DNA from: Carpediemonas membranifera BICM
Lineage: Eukaryota > Protista > Fornicata
Assembly: GCA_019828565.1 (NCBI GenBank)
Contig: JAHDYR010000024.1
Span: 194,534 to 258,533, forward strand
Length of the DNA stretch: 64,000 nt
Direction: 5' to 3'
The position numbers were made by a program, and so were the translations under genes. The notes beneath the pieces were generated by a model. That model was not told where the DNA came from and made no database searches. It worked only from the letters and a program-made list of their open reading frames with translations. Positions within the stretch are counted from its first letter, which is position 1; each line of letters starts with the position of its first letter. Shown here piece by piece: positions 21,245 through 31,953 of this stretch.

Positions 21245-24200
21245 AAATGGAAATGTCGTCATTTTCTGTGCCCCAGGCTGATCCTGGAGGCCAGATGGTG
21301 ACTCGACGACGTACGAGACTCGTATGGCGCGAAAGCGTCTTCGCCGAGGATGTTCGTGCTCTTCTTACCGAAGTTCATAGCACCTACGCGAAGTTCGTCG
21401 ACATAAGCCTAATTGACAGACTGTGGTGTGATACGGACACGGTGTTCAACACATTGTGCTCTGAAACTGCGGTTGTCGAGCTCATGCGCGACGTCCAGAA
21501 CAAACACATCGTACGCTTTACCGTGAAAGCCCTGAAGGCGATTGCTGACAGCTTCAAGGACCTCCTTAAGGCCCACAGCATCACCACACAGGCGCTGCCA
21601 ACGGCAACTTCGTTGCGTTCTGCAAACACAGCCCCCAAGTCCATTGCGATTATCGCCTGCACGATACGAGACAACACTATGCGTCCAGAGACCGCTGCAA
21701 ATGTCCCTCCCTCTGCAGTAGAGATCGCGACGGACGACGAGGGTCTGTCATCGCAGCCTGTTGACGAAGAGGTCCAGGCAGACACGGCAGCTCACGTTTC
21801 GGCGGTTGGTTTCCCCTAACCCCGCCATCAGCACCTCCCACTACCCCCTGCTCATCGACCCGATGTCTTCCTTCCCCGGGTCAGGCCTTGTTCCTCGGAA
21901 AGATCGCTCCGCCCAAGCGCGGGCGCGAGAAGTTCACACGAGGCCTTATTGAACGATTGAGGGAGGTGAACAACGCGACAGGTGACGACGCCAAGCGGGC
22001 TGAGGCTCTTAAGGTTGTAGACTACCCCAAGACGCTGTACGCACCGCCGTCGGACCGAGGCGGACGACGCGCTAGCGCGAGCAAGTGGCGTCGGACGCTG
22101 AACCTGATTCGCCACGGGTTTGTCTCGAAGGCCGCCACGTCCATGGTAGCCAATGAGACTGACCTGACACCGACTGAAATCGACGCTCAACTGCGGGACC
22201 TCCAGGTTGGGTTCAACGGGCTTTGTCCCGACGTCCCCATGCGAGACGTCCCCGAGAACCCCCTGCAGTGTGTCGAAGTTTCCTCTAAGACTCTGAAGAC
22301 CATCCTCAACACACTCAAGTCTGAGGCGGCCCCGGGGCCCTCCGGGCTATCGTTCCTTCACCTGAAGATCGCCTACAAGACATCAAGGCGCGAACTAGTC
22401 CAGGCTCTGCTCCCGCTGGTTCAGGACATCCTGAACGGAGAAGCTTACACTGATGTGTTCAGTCATTGCATTCTCGTCCCTGTGCCGAAAGGTGAAGGGA
22501 AGGTCCGAGGGGTCGCGATCGGCGACTCTATTCGCCGTGTGGCGGCAAAGGCACTCGCCTGGTCCGTCCGTAAGCGGCTGGTTGACGTCGATCGTGCCCT
22601 GAAGGACCAGTTCGGAGTAGGTGAGAAGTGCGGCTTGGAGAGGTTGGGAGAGGAGGTGAGTGCAGTCTACCGAAGTGGCGGTACAGTGCTCACACTCGAC
22701 CTTTCCAACGCCTATGGATGCTTGTCGAGGGCCTTCGCCATGAAGGTGGTGGCGGCCTACATGCCGGCGCTCATCCCATACCTGTCGACCATGTACCGAC
22801 GGGGCTTACTTTTCTCTACCTCCGGCATCACCATGAGGTCGGCTGAAGGCATTCACCAAGGGGACCCGCTCTCGCCAATTCTTTTCAGCTTAGGCGTTAA
22901 GCCCATTCTGGACGTCTTGCGCGAGGCTTTCCCTGGGTGGTGCATCCGTGCCTACCAGGATGACATTGTAGCCACCACTACCCGCCCGCTACAGTCGCCT
23001 GGGGTCGGCCGTGAGGCCAACAATCTCACAGAACTCGCCGCTCAGAAGTTCAACGAGGTTGGCCTCCGCCTCAACCGTGCCAAGTGCGTGCTAGCCCATA
23101 AGGATGTCGTTGACGGCAACACAACTGGTGGCGTCCCACGGAGACGCGATACCAAGCTGGTTGGTGTTCCAATCGGCTCCGCCACGCACATCATGCGGGA
23201 GCTAGGCTCTGCTAACCGCAAGGTTATGGAGCTGCTTGACGCTGCTGCATCGATGGTCTCTGACATTGGCGCGGAAGCCGTCGCCCCTGCCCTCCTAGTG
23301 ACGAAACTGTGTGCCCTCACCAAGTGGGAGCACTTCTTCCGCAATGTTTCGCCGGGCGGGGGTGACATGTTCGAGTCGCAACTGGACTTCGAACAGCAGA
23401 AGGTGGTCCCCGCCATCCTGAAGCTGCTCCAGTCCAGCGCAGAGACTGACAAGGACTTCGCCGCAAGGCTCTGTCTGCCGGTCAGTCAAGGCGGGCTCGG
23501 ATTGGCCATGCCCTCTGTTGTGTGGGCCCCAGCCTATCTGGGTGCCGCACGACAACTCATAGAGCTGAAGGTCGAAAGGCCCGAGGCTCTCATCCAAGAC
23601 GCACTGCCATGCATCCCGGCTCTCGCCGCGACGCCCAAGGATTGGCCGACATCATATGGCGATGTCAGAAAGCTCTCACTCGAGAGCACGCAGAAGAAGT
23701 TGGTACGCCTCCTGCAGGATAACATTTCCAGCCAACTGACTGTTTCAGTCGACTCGCCAAACGTGATCAGGTCTCTACTCGCGGCTGATCCAGCCGCTAT
23801 GGGTCGTAACCCCTGTGACGAGGGTGCTGCACCGATGCTTCGCAACCATGTCGGCCTTCCTGCCTTTGGAGACAGGCCACGACGTCTGTCCGCTATGCCT
23901 GGCCCGTAGTGTTAACCACCGGTCTGTCCCCTGCTCAGCCGAGCATTCTCTTACCTGTCCCTTCCTGAGGGAGGGGCTGGGATCGGAGCGGCACGACCAA
24001 ATTCGCGACACGCTCGCCAAACTGCTGCGCGGGCACCCCTGGCGCGTAAGAGTTGAGCATTGGCTCGGACGGGGCAGCGAGTGGACTGTGGACCGGACCA
24101 AACGGGTCAAGGCGCGGGCGGACCTCCTCTTGACCAGACCGGGCCATACCGAACCCGTTGTGCTTGACGTAGTGGTGAGCAATCACGCGTCTGCATCTAT

Positions 24201-24686
24201 GCGGAGCAAGAAGGAGCAGTACGCCAACTGGAACGTCCGGGTTATTCCCGTGGTCGTTCGCCAGAGTGGTGGTGTTGGTGCTGTGCATGGGAGAGGATGG
24301 ACCGATGAGATGCGCGACGTTTTGGGCCTTGATGCCGAAACTGTTGGGCAGATTGCCGACGCGGTCATGATGGCCTGTATGCGGCAGCAAGTTCATGTGT
24401 TCCATGCGTTCATGCGCCAGGCGGATGCTGCGCACCGTCAAGCTGAGGCTAATGGCCTCAACCACTAATACTGATGTTGTTTCTGTACTTTGAGCGTGAT
24501 CTGCGCGTTATTCGCGTTCGCGTTCGTTGTGACTGAGTGGAGAGTCGAAAGGGAGATTTCGGAGCGAGCAGTGCCTCAAACCCGACATACTGACCACTAG
24601 AGTGACGTCTTCGCTGCGCTCAGGCTCGCGAAGCTCGGCTGCGCCTCGCCGCTCGCAATACAGTTCGTCCAAAAGGCAATAAACGA
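21245..24686 (+). mobile_element. CRE-like non-LTR family 1, copy 2 (two single-base frameshifts)
   Basis: ORFs 21232..21819, 21888..23909 and 23815..24468 match copy 1; the 12-mer sits at 21233..21244 and 24687..24698. Confidence 0.92.
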
Positions 24687-24738
24687 TGCTCCCTCCCGAA
24701 ATGGAAATATCGTCATTTTCTGCGCCCCAGGCTGATCC

Positions 24739-26337
24739 AGAGACGTTACCGACGGCAACACCTCGGGAGGCGTCCCAAGAAGACGCAGCCTAAACCTCGT
24801 GGGCGTTCCGGTTGGGTCCGCTGCTCATGCGATGGGTGAGTTGGCCAAGGTCAACAGTCGCGTGATGCAACTCCTTAACGCTGCCGGAGAGATGGTGGCC
24901 AAGGAGGGGCCGGAGGCAACTGCCCCTGCGTTGATCATTGCGAAGTATTGTGCGCTCACAAAGTGGGAGCACTTCTTCCGTAACGTTCCCCCCGCAACGG
25001 GTGGAGTCGGCAACGGTCTCTACGAGGCTGAGCTCGGATTTGAGAAGAAAGAGGCGGTCCCGGCCATCCTCCGAATCCTGTCGAGCGAGGCTGAGGTCGA
25101 TGACGACTTTGCTCTCCGCCTGAGTATGCCGGTCGAAAGACGCGGGCTTGCGCTGGCAATGCCATCAGTCGTGTGGGCTCCCGCGTTCCTCGCGGCCACG
25201 AGACAACTGGCAGGGCTGGGTGTTACACGCTCACCTGACAGCGTGACGGGTGCCATCAAGTGTCTCCCGCCCCAGCTCAACACGCCGTCGAACTGGCCTA
25301 GTGGCTTGGACGATGTGAAGGCTCTTGACGCCGACCACACGCAGAAGAACTTGGTTCGCCTCGTTGAGGAATCTATTGCCACCAAGCTCTCTGTGAGTGC
25401 CGCCGTCTCGCCCAACGTCGTTCGGTCGTTCATGATGGTCGACCCGACCTCTCTTGGGCGCTCGGTAACCGATGCCGCTGTTGCCCCCATCTTCCGCAAT
25501 CACCTGGGCCTCCCCGCATTCACGCCCGGATTTGACGTCTGCCCTCTCTGCAGGGCACGCACCGTGAACCACCAGTCCGTTGTGTGCAACGCTACTCACA
25601 CCCTGTGCTGCCCATGCCTCCGTGGAGGCCTGGACGACGAGCGTCACAACGCTATCAAGGACGGGCTGGTGAGAGACCTGAAGGGTTATGGCTGGAGAGT
25701 CCAGTCCGAGGTGTGGTTGAACAAGGCCAGTGAGTGGACCATTGACCGGACCAAGCCTATGAAGGCGCGGGCGGACATCCTCCTCACGAAACCTGGCGTG
25801 AAGGCAATCGTCATTGACAACGTCGTCAGCAACCACGTGTCTCAGGCCATGACGAGCAAGCGCGCCCAGTACTCCAACTGGGACGTCAAGCTCATACCCG
25901 CGGTGACGCTTCACAACGGTGACGTTGGAAGAGTGCACGGAAGGGGCTGGACGGACGATTTGCGCGATGAACTTGGTCTTAAGGCTGAGCAGGTCCGCGA
26001 GATGGCTGATAACGCTTTCTTGGCGTGCATGAGAGGGCAAGTGCACACATATGCAGCGTTCATCAAGCAATGCGACGCAGCACATGCTGCAGCAGAGGAT
26101 TTGGGCCTCTCCCACTAATTGTTACTCAATTCTGATATTGGTGTAGCAATCGGCTCGTGCAGAGCGCTTCAGAGTGTTCTTGTTGGTTTTGTTGACTCGC
26201 CAGCGACTCACTGGATGGAGCGACGGAGGACCCCGACGCACCCCATAGCCTCAAACTGCTTCGCTGCGCTCAGGCTCGCGAAGCTCGGCTGCGCCTCGCC
26301 GCTCGCTAGACAGTTTGTCGTTGATTACATAAAAGTT
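24739..26337 (+). mobile_element. 5'-truncated CRE-like non-LTR family 2 (thumb, CCHC and RLE; ORF 24799..26118)
   Basis: Collinear but diverged homologue of the family 1 C-terminal half (CALTKWEHFFRNV, CPLC..H..C, RHN, KARADI). It ends directly at the tRNA. Confidence 0.92.
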
Positions 26338-26410
26338 TGCTCCCTCCCGGATTCGAACCGAGGACCTTGTGATTACTAATCACACGCTCTACCAACTGAG
26401 CTAAAGGAGC
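26338..26410 (-). tRNA. tRNA-Thr (anticodon AGT)
   Basis: 73-nt cloverleaf: GCTCCTT/AGGGAGC acceptor stem, GCTC-AGTTGGTA-GAGC D arm, TGTGA-TTAGTAA-TCACA anticodon arm, CTCGG-TTCGAAT-CCGGG T arm. A TTTT run follows a few nt downstream. Confidence 0.96.
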
Positions 26411-29400
26411 TCATGAGACGTCAGCTCCGGCGTGAGATAATGGAGCATGGGCGATGGATCTGCCTGATTCGATTTATTCGAGCCGAACGAATCGGGATCG
26501 AATCAATTACGGCCAGATGGCTGAAGAAACCGAGAACAACACCGGGGACCGCACGCCTGAAGCAGAGAAGATCCCAGATCCGCAGAAGCGCATCAACGAA
26601 CTAACAGGCGAGTTATTGACGCTTCGAGATTTAATGTCGCTGGAGTGGCGCCACCCGGACTCACTAGCCATGCGTAACGAGTCCGAATGGCTGCAGATGC
26701 TCTACAGGGACATCGTCCTCCACCCGAGCTGGACAACCGAGACGATCAAGCTTCAGCTAATGCTCCGTCATGAGCTTCTCCTCATTAAGGACATCAATGG
26801 CTTTCACTACGCCGACGCAGTCAAGGACTACGTCAGAGCCCGACGTTCCAGGATCCGTGATTCCGAGAGCCTCACCGTCCTCATCGCAGAGGCCCGCTCC
26901 AGTGCCAGAGTCGCCCCCAAGAGCGATAAGCGCCCCAGAAAAAAACTAATTGTGCAAGACCATCAATCAACCGAACCACCACTCCCCACAACCCGTCGAG
27001 CGGGTTCTCTCCGCCACTCAGTGGCCGCGTGGCGGCGCTTGGGAGCGCCATCCGACGTGGTCTCTTGGGTTGGCGACGGCATACCCATCGAACTGACACA
27101 ACAACCGAGCAATCCTCGAATATTCCATCTCCCAGAGAAGGACTTAGCCAAGCTCGATCCGCTGGTGCGCGAAATGCTCTCATCGGGTGCCATACACCGC
27201 GTCTCATCGCCACCGAAGCTCACATGTCCTCTCTTTCCAGTCCCGAAGGGTACAGACAAATGGAGAGCAGTCCACAACCTCATACCGCTCAACAAGGTCT
27301 CCAAAGAGCGCCGTACGTTCCGCTTGTTCGGTGCCAAGAGAGCAGTTTTAAGCCTTGCGCCAGGAGACATGATGATGTCGCTAGATCTCCATGCAGGCTA
27401 CCACCACGTGTCCATTCACCCATCATCGCAGTCCCTCCTAGGCTTTTATTCACCGCGGCGTCCACTATCAGTTCACAGTCCTCCCATTCGGATGGTCCGC
27501 GGCGCCATTCTACTTCCAGAAGATCATGATTACCGTAGCGAAGATTATCAAGCGCCATTGCCGCGGTGTAGGAGTTGCCGTCTATCTGGACGACCTTCTA
27601 TTCTTCGGGAAGAAGAAGGCCCTTCTGCGCGAGCGCCAGCGCCTCCTGGACATCATGAATCAGCTAGGCTTTATCATCAACCACGACAAGTCAGTCCTAG
27701 AGCCCACCACAGTCCTGACATACCTCGGCATGCGCATCGACTCAGCTGCTCGGGTCATTTCCCTAGACTCGAAGAAGCGCAGCAGATACCGCCAATTGGT
27801 CGAGAGTGCGCTGATAGAAGGCAATATGAGCAACAAGAGGTGGCAATCCCTCATCGGGAAGCTATCCTTCGCATCTCTGTGCTTCCCCGACGGCCGCGCA
27901 TGGCTGAGACCTCTTCAGACAGCCACCGAGACGGAGAAAGGCTTTACGAAAGCCGTCCTCAAGGCCCTATCGTACTGGAAGCAACTGCTGAGCAGCGAAG
28001 ATCATCCTCCCCGCTCCTTCGACTCCCTGATCAGCATGTGGGGCGCAAGCCCGGCAATCGACATCCACATCCAGTCGGACGCCTCAGAAAAGGGCTTAGC
28101 TGCCATTATCAGGGACGGCTGCAAGCAGACGATCGTATCCTCCTCCGTCTCCCCCAACAGCCCGCTCCAGAACGAGTCCATTGCGGTGAAAGAGTTCTTT
28201 GCGGCGACGAACGCCGTGGAGACGCTCCTTCCACATCTAACGGACAGGGAGATCACCGTATTCATCGACAACAGCAACGCCTGCGCCTGGTTGAACAAGC
28301 AGGGATCAACGCGAGCCCCGCCGATGATCCAGGACGCTTGTCTCACCCTCTTTTCCCGCTTGGCCGCCTGCCAGATCACACTGAGAGCCCAGCACGTCAG
28401 CGGGCACCTCAATGTCTCCGCAGATGCTCTGTCGAGATACCAGCGACTGGAATGGCGGACACCACGAGGGATCCTCGCTGCCATACTGGAGGAGTGGGGC
28501 CCTCTCGAGGTCGACGTGACTGGTGGGAGGGACAAGGAGTTACTACTTCCCGGCTTCGTCGAGCGTTCGCTCACGCTGGCCGAGAGCGGCATGAGCTCGG
28601 AGTGGCGCAGCAAGAGAGTCTTCGCAGCACCACCATACGCCCTTCTTCCAGCCGTAGCCAACCGACTGGCCCTCATTCGCGCCTCACCAGCCTCACATCC
28701 GAGGCATACCAAGTCTGCAGTGGTCGTGGTGATGCCCGACGTCCAGTCCGAGGCGGTACGCCGCATCAAGGGCCTCTCCCCCTTCAAGAGAACGTTCAGG
28801 GTCTACGCGGAGGACATGAAGGACTCAGAGCTCCAGAACATCCTCGTGGGGGAAAAGCCGCGGCTCCTCGCCGTCTTCGTGCCGACGACGCCGCTTTCAA
28901 CGCAGTACTAGGTCTAGACGAGCTCAAAGGCTACGTGGCAACGACCAGGCGTGACACGGCGGGTGTCGTCTCCCAGTTCCTGACCTTCCGAGAGGCCAAC
29001 CCGGCATCGGACCGCGACATATTCCTGGCGTGGCTCGCTCGCGAGGCTGAGCTAGTAGGCCCAGACCGTCTGGCGCACCGGGGCTCGCTGGTGGTAAGGT
29101 TTGCACCCCTGGTATCAACGTGGGCACCCCCAGCTGCTCAAAAGGCATTCATCACCGAAGCGAAGCGCGCTACAGTCCCCAGGCCGCAACGCAAGGTCCC
29201 AGTGCGGGCTGCACGCATCCACCGCCTGATCCCCAAACTCGCCGGCCGCGACGAGGAGTTCCACCAAGCCTTCTTATTCGGCGTCGTTGCCTACGCAACA
29301 ATGTCGAGGCGCAGTGAGATCCTACCCCTCACTCCTCGGGATATCAGGGTGAAAGCAGGACTCGGCGTCTCTATCACCATCGACTCCACCAAGACAGGGC

Positions 29401-29947
29401 TTCGCGCAGTTAAGAAGTTCATCCCGTGGGTCGAAGGCGCGCTCAATCCGGCAGGGATGCTCATGGCTCACCTGCAGCGCTGGTGCCAGGACAGAGACGC
29501 CACCATCTGGAAGTCCCCCAACCTCGATGGGTCGAGGCTGGACCGAGGGCCGTTGCCCCCGCTATGCTCCAAGACAAGCTGAAGCAGGTCTTTGGAGACC
29601 CAGTTGGATCCCATAGCTTCCGTCGCGGGGCCGCAGCGGACGCTGTACTTCGCGGAATGCCCACTCCAGTGGTCATGGCCCTCGGTACTTGGAAGTCCGA
29701 GAGTTCCCTCCAGAGCTACATCGCCGAAGCGGTGCGGCTCGACCAGGAGACAGCTGTGACGAGGTGCGAATGGTTCGCGCACCTCGAATAGCAGTCGTCT
29801 CCTTCCTTTACTCGTACGGGTACGAGTGGTCCATAAAGATTGAATGGTCACCATCGGGATGGTGTAGGCGTGCGGGCGGGAAGCCCCAGGAGAATTCATA
29901 AGTGAATGTGAGTGTCTGCCTAGTCAGACGACAAGGAGAGTCTCATG
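26411..29947 (+). mobile_element. DIRS/PAT-type YR retrotransposon, a further family (gag, RT-RH-MT, YR; a few frameshifts; 3' repeats missing)
   Basis: ORFs 26454..29582, 27526..28911 and 29426..29791 carry LDLHAGYHHV, YLDD, SDAS, ADALSR, VFAAPP, SRRSEI, HSFRRG and GTW..Y. Confidence 0.88.
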
Positions 29948-30970
29948 CGGCGCTGGAAGGAGGCCAGCCCACTGCGCCACGCTGACCCCTCCTGGAGACA
30001 GGCCTTCCTATTCGGTCTCCTGGCCTATACCACCACATCTAGGCCAGGCGAGATCTTTGCGCTCCGCAGCGAGGACATCAAGGGCAGACCAGGCAGAGGT
30101 CTCCGCATCCGTATTGTCCGCACCAAGACAGGCCGTACTGACGTCTGGAAGGTGGTTCCACGCATTGAGGGCCTGCCATTCTCCCCGGCAGACCTTCTCT
30201 TCGCACACCTGGAGGGTATGCGCCACCACAAAGGGCAGTCCGTCTGGCGTTCACCCGCTAGCATCGACGGCCGCCTCTCCCCAGACCATGCGATCGAGTA
30301 CACCGTCTTAGAGGACCAGGTCAAGGGTGTCTTTGGCAGGATCATCACCCTTCACGGCTTCCGCCGTGGCTCGGCCGCCGACCTAATCCTGGCTGGTGTG
30401 CCAGTTCCAGTGGTCGCGGCAAAAGGTACATGGGCATCAGAGGATAGTCTGATCAGATATATTGAGGACACGCTCCGCCTCGACGGGGTGTCGTCGACGA
30501 TTCCTTTCATCAAGCTTCTTGGGTAAGGTTGAGGAGCCTACCCGGAGGTTACCGTTGTGCGTCAAAGTGAGACGAACGGTAAATGCATCAGGAGAGTTAT
30601 GGATAGTGTCTTGAGGGCCAAGAGAGGCCATGACCACAGCAATTGGGGCGACCGGGATAACCCCACGGATATGATTGCGTAGGCTTCCTTATCGTCTGCC
30701 TGACAGACTTGCCATACGGCAATGGACATGGGCGTCCGCGGCCCGGCGCTCCCATCATGCGATCCCGCCCCCCGGTTGTGCGGGTCCTACGACCCCACCG
30801 GGGCGCCCCGGCGGTCGGACGACGCCCGGCCAGGTGGACCAATTCGGAGGGAAAAATTTGAGCGGATCAATTTCCCCGCCCAATCCCCAGGTTTGGCCGA
30901 TGTCCGTGGAAGAACGCCTTCAGGCGCTTGAAAACCAAGTAGATGAGACGAAGGAAGAGAATGCTGCTCT
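29948..30970 (+). mobile_element. YR C-terminal fragment and 3' region of another YR retrotransposon family
   Basis: ORF 29945..30526 has SRPGEI, KT, HGFRRG, GTW and RY, followed by a GC-rich structured tail. The right boundary is approximate. Confidence 0.8.
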
Positions 30971-31916
30971 GCAATGTGTCTGTGGTAAGGTTCAGCTCAG
31001 GCGTGGACATCGCGGGATCGGTTTCAAGTCTTCTTCCTCTCACGATTGTCCTTTTACAACAGAGAAGTTGATTAACCGACGGGTGCTAATCACCATCGAG
31101 CCGCTGCATGGTTTCGAGACCCCGACTCAGCCCTACCCCGTCTTCCGCGTGGAAAGTCTTGCCAACTCATCTGGCTATCACTTCAAGCTCAAGACGGCTC
31201 TAGAGCTCGTTGATGATGAGTGGCTGACTGCCGTTGCCCGCACCTTTAAGTCTACGTCCCATCTGGCCGAGGTACTTGAGGAGTTGGCGTCGCAGTACTC
31301 TAACTTCGACACTTACTGGGTGATACCGGGTCATTCTGATACAGAAACGTCGCGTATGATCATTGATACGTCTGCGAACGAGTTTCTGTATCACCATGAT
31401 CTGGTCCAGCTCATCCTCAGGTCATTCGAGAGCCCTTCCTTGGTGAGATCGACGCGTGTGCGTCTGATTTACTTTGCCACCTGCTCCGGACTCGACAGAT
31501 CTGAGGAGTCTCAGCTGTGCAGTGCTATTTCGACAGCCAAGTACAAGAACACATGCATTATCCTCACTCCTGAGAAGGTTCTGGCGCATGAGCTTGTTCT
31601 CCAGGACGCCTATTGGCTCTACCGCGCGACATGCCTCGACAATCCTCTTTTCTTTCTGACGAAGTACTTCTCTGGCTATCGTTTCGCGCCTGGCTCAGCA
31701 GGAAGACGGATTATAGCCAATGGTTCCTTGTCATTTCCCAACGAGGCCAGGGTCATCATGTCTGAGACTAGCTATGCCCGGCCCATTCCTCTTCCTGAAA
31801 TGCAAGACATCGTTTCTGATGTCAACGAGTATGACCCGTTAAGAACCGCCCAGAGAAGACTTATGAATGATCGATACATAAGCATGATGACCCGTGCGCT
31901 TGAGAGAGACGTGTAG
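30900..31916 (+). CDS. Caspase/CHAT-fold-like putative peptidase (paralogue of 59528..60553); N-terminus possibly YR-element-derived
   Basis: WVIPGHS ... RLIYFATC pattern fits a His-Cys dyad; collinear with 59528..60553 from CVCG onward. Confidence 0.65.
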   Translation: MSVEERLQALENQVDETKEENAALQCVCGKVQLRRGHRGIGFKSSSSHDCPFTTEKLINRRVLITIEPLHGFETPTQPYPVFRVESLANSSGYHFKLKTALELVDDEWLTAVARTFKSTSHLAEVLEELASQYSNFDTYWVIPGHSDTETSRMIIDTSANEFLYHHDLVQLILRSFESPSLVRSTRVRLIYFATCSGLDRSEESQLCSAISTAKYKNTCIILTPEKVLAHELVLQDAYWLYRATCLDNPLFFLTKYFSGYRFAPGSAGRRIIANGSLSFPNEARVIMSETSYARPIPLPEMQDIVSDVNEYDPLRTAQRRLMNDRYISMMTRALERDV

Positions 31917-31953
31917 TAAACAGATATATAGACAATTAATGATCATCTCTCAC

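Larger units (their letters stand above)
20371..24738 (+). repeat. ~4.4-kb segmental duplication of 12209..16575 (YR element 3' end, CRE-like copy and next 5' stub)
   Basis: Near-identical sequence including the YR/CRE junction, with only a few substitutions and homopolymer indels. Confidence 0.95.

Noticed and set aside
26412-29947. 8-bp inverted match CATGAGAC/GTCTCATG as DIRS-type inverted termini
   Set aside because: Too short, no internal complementary region was seen, and the flanks do not rejoin into an empty site.
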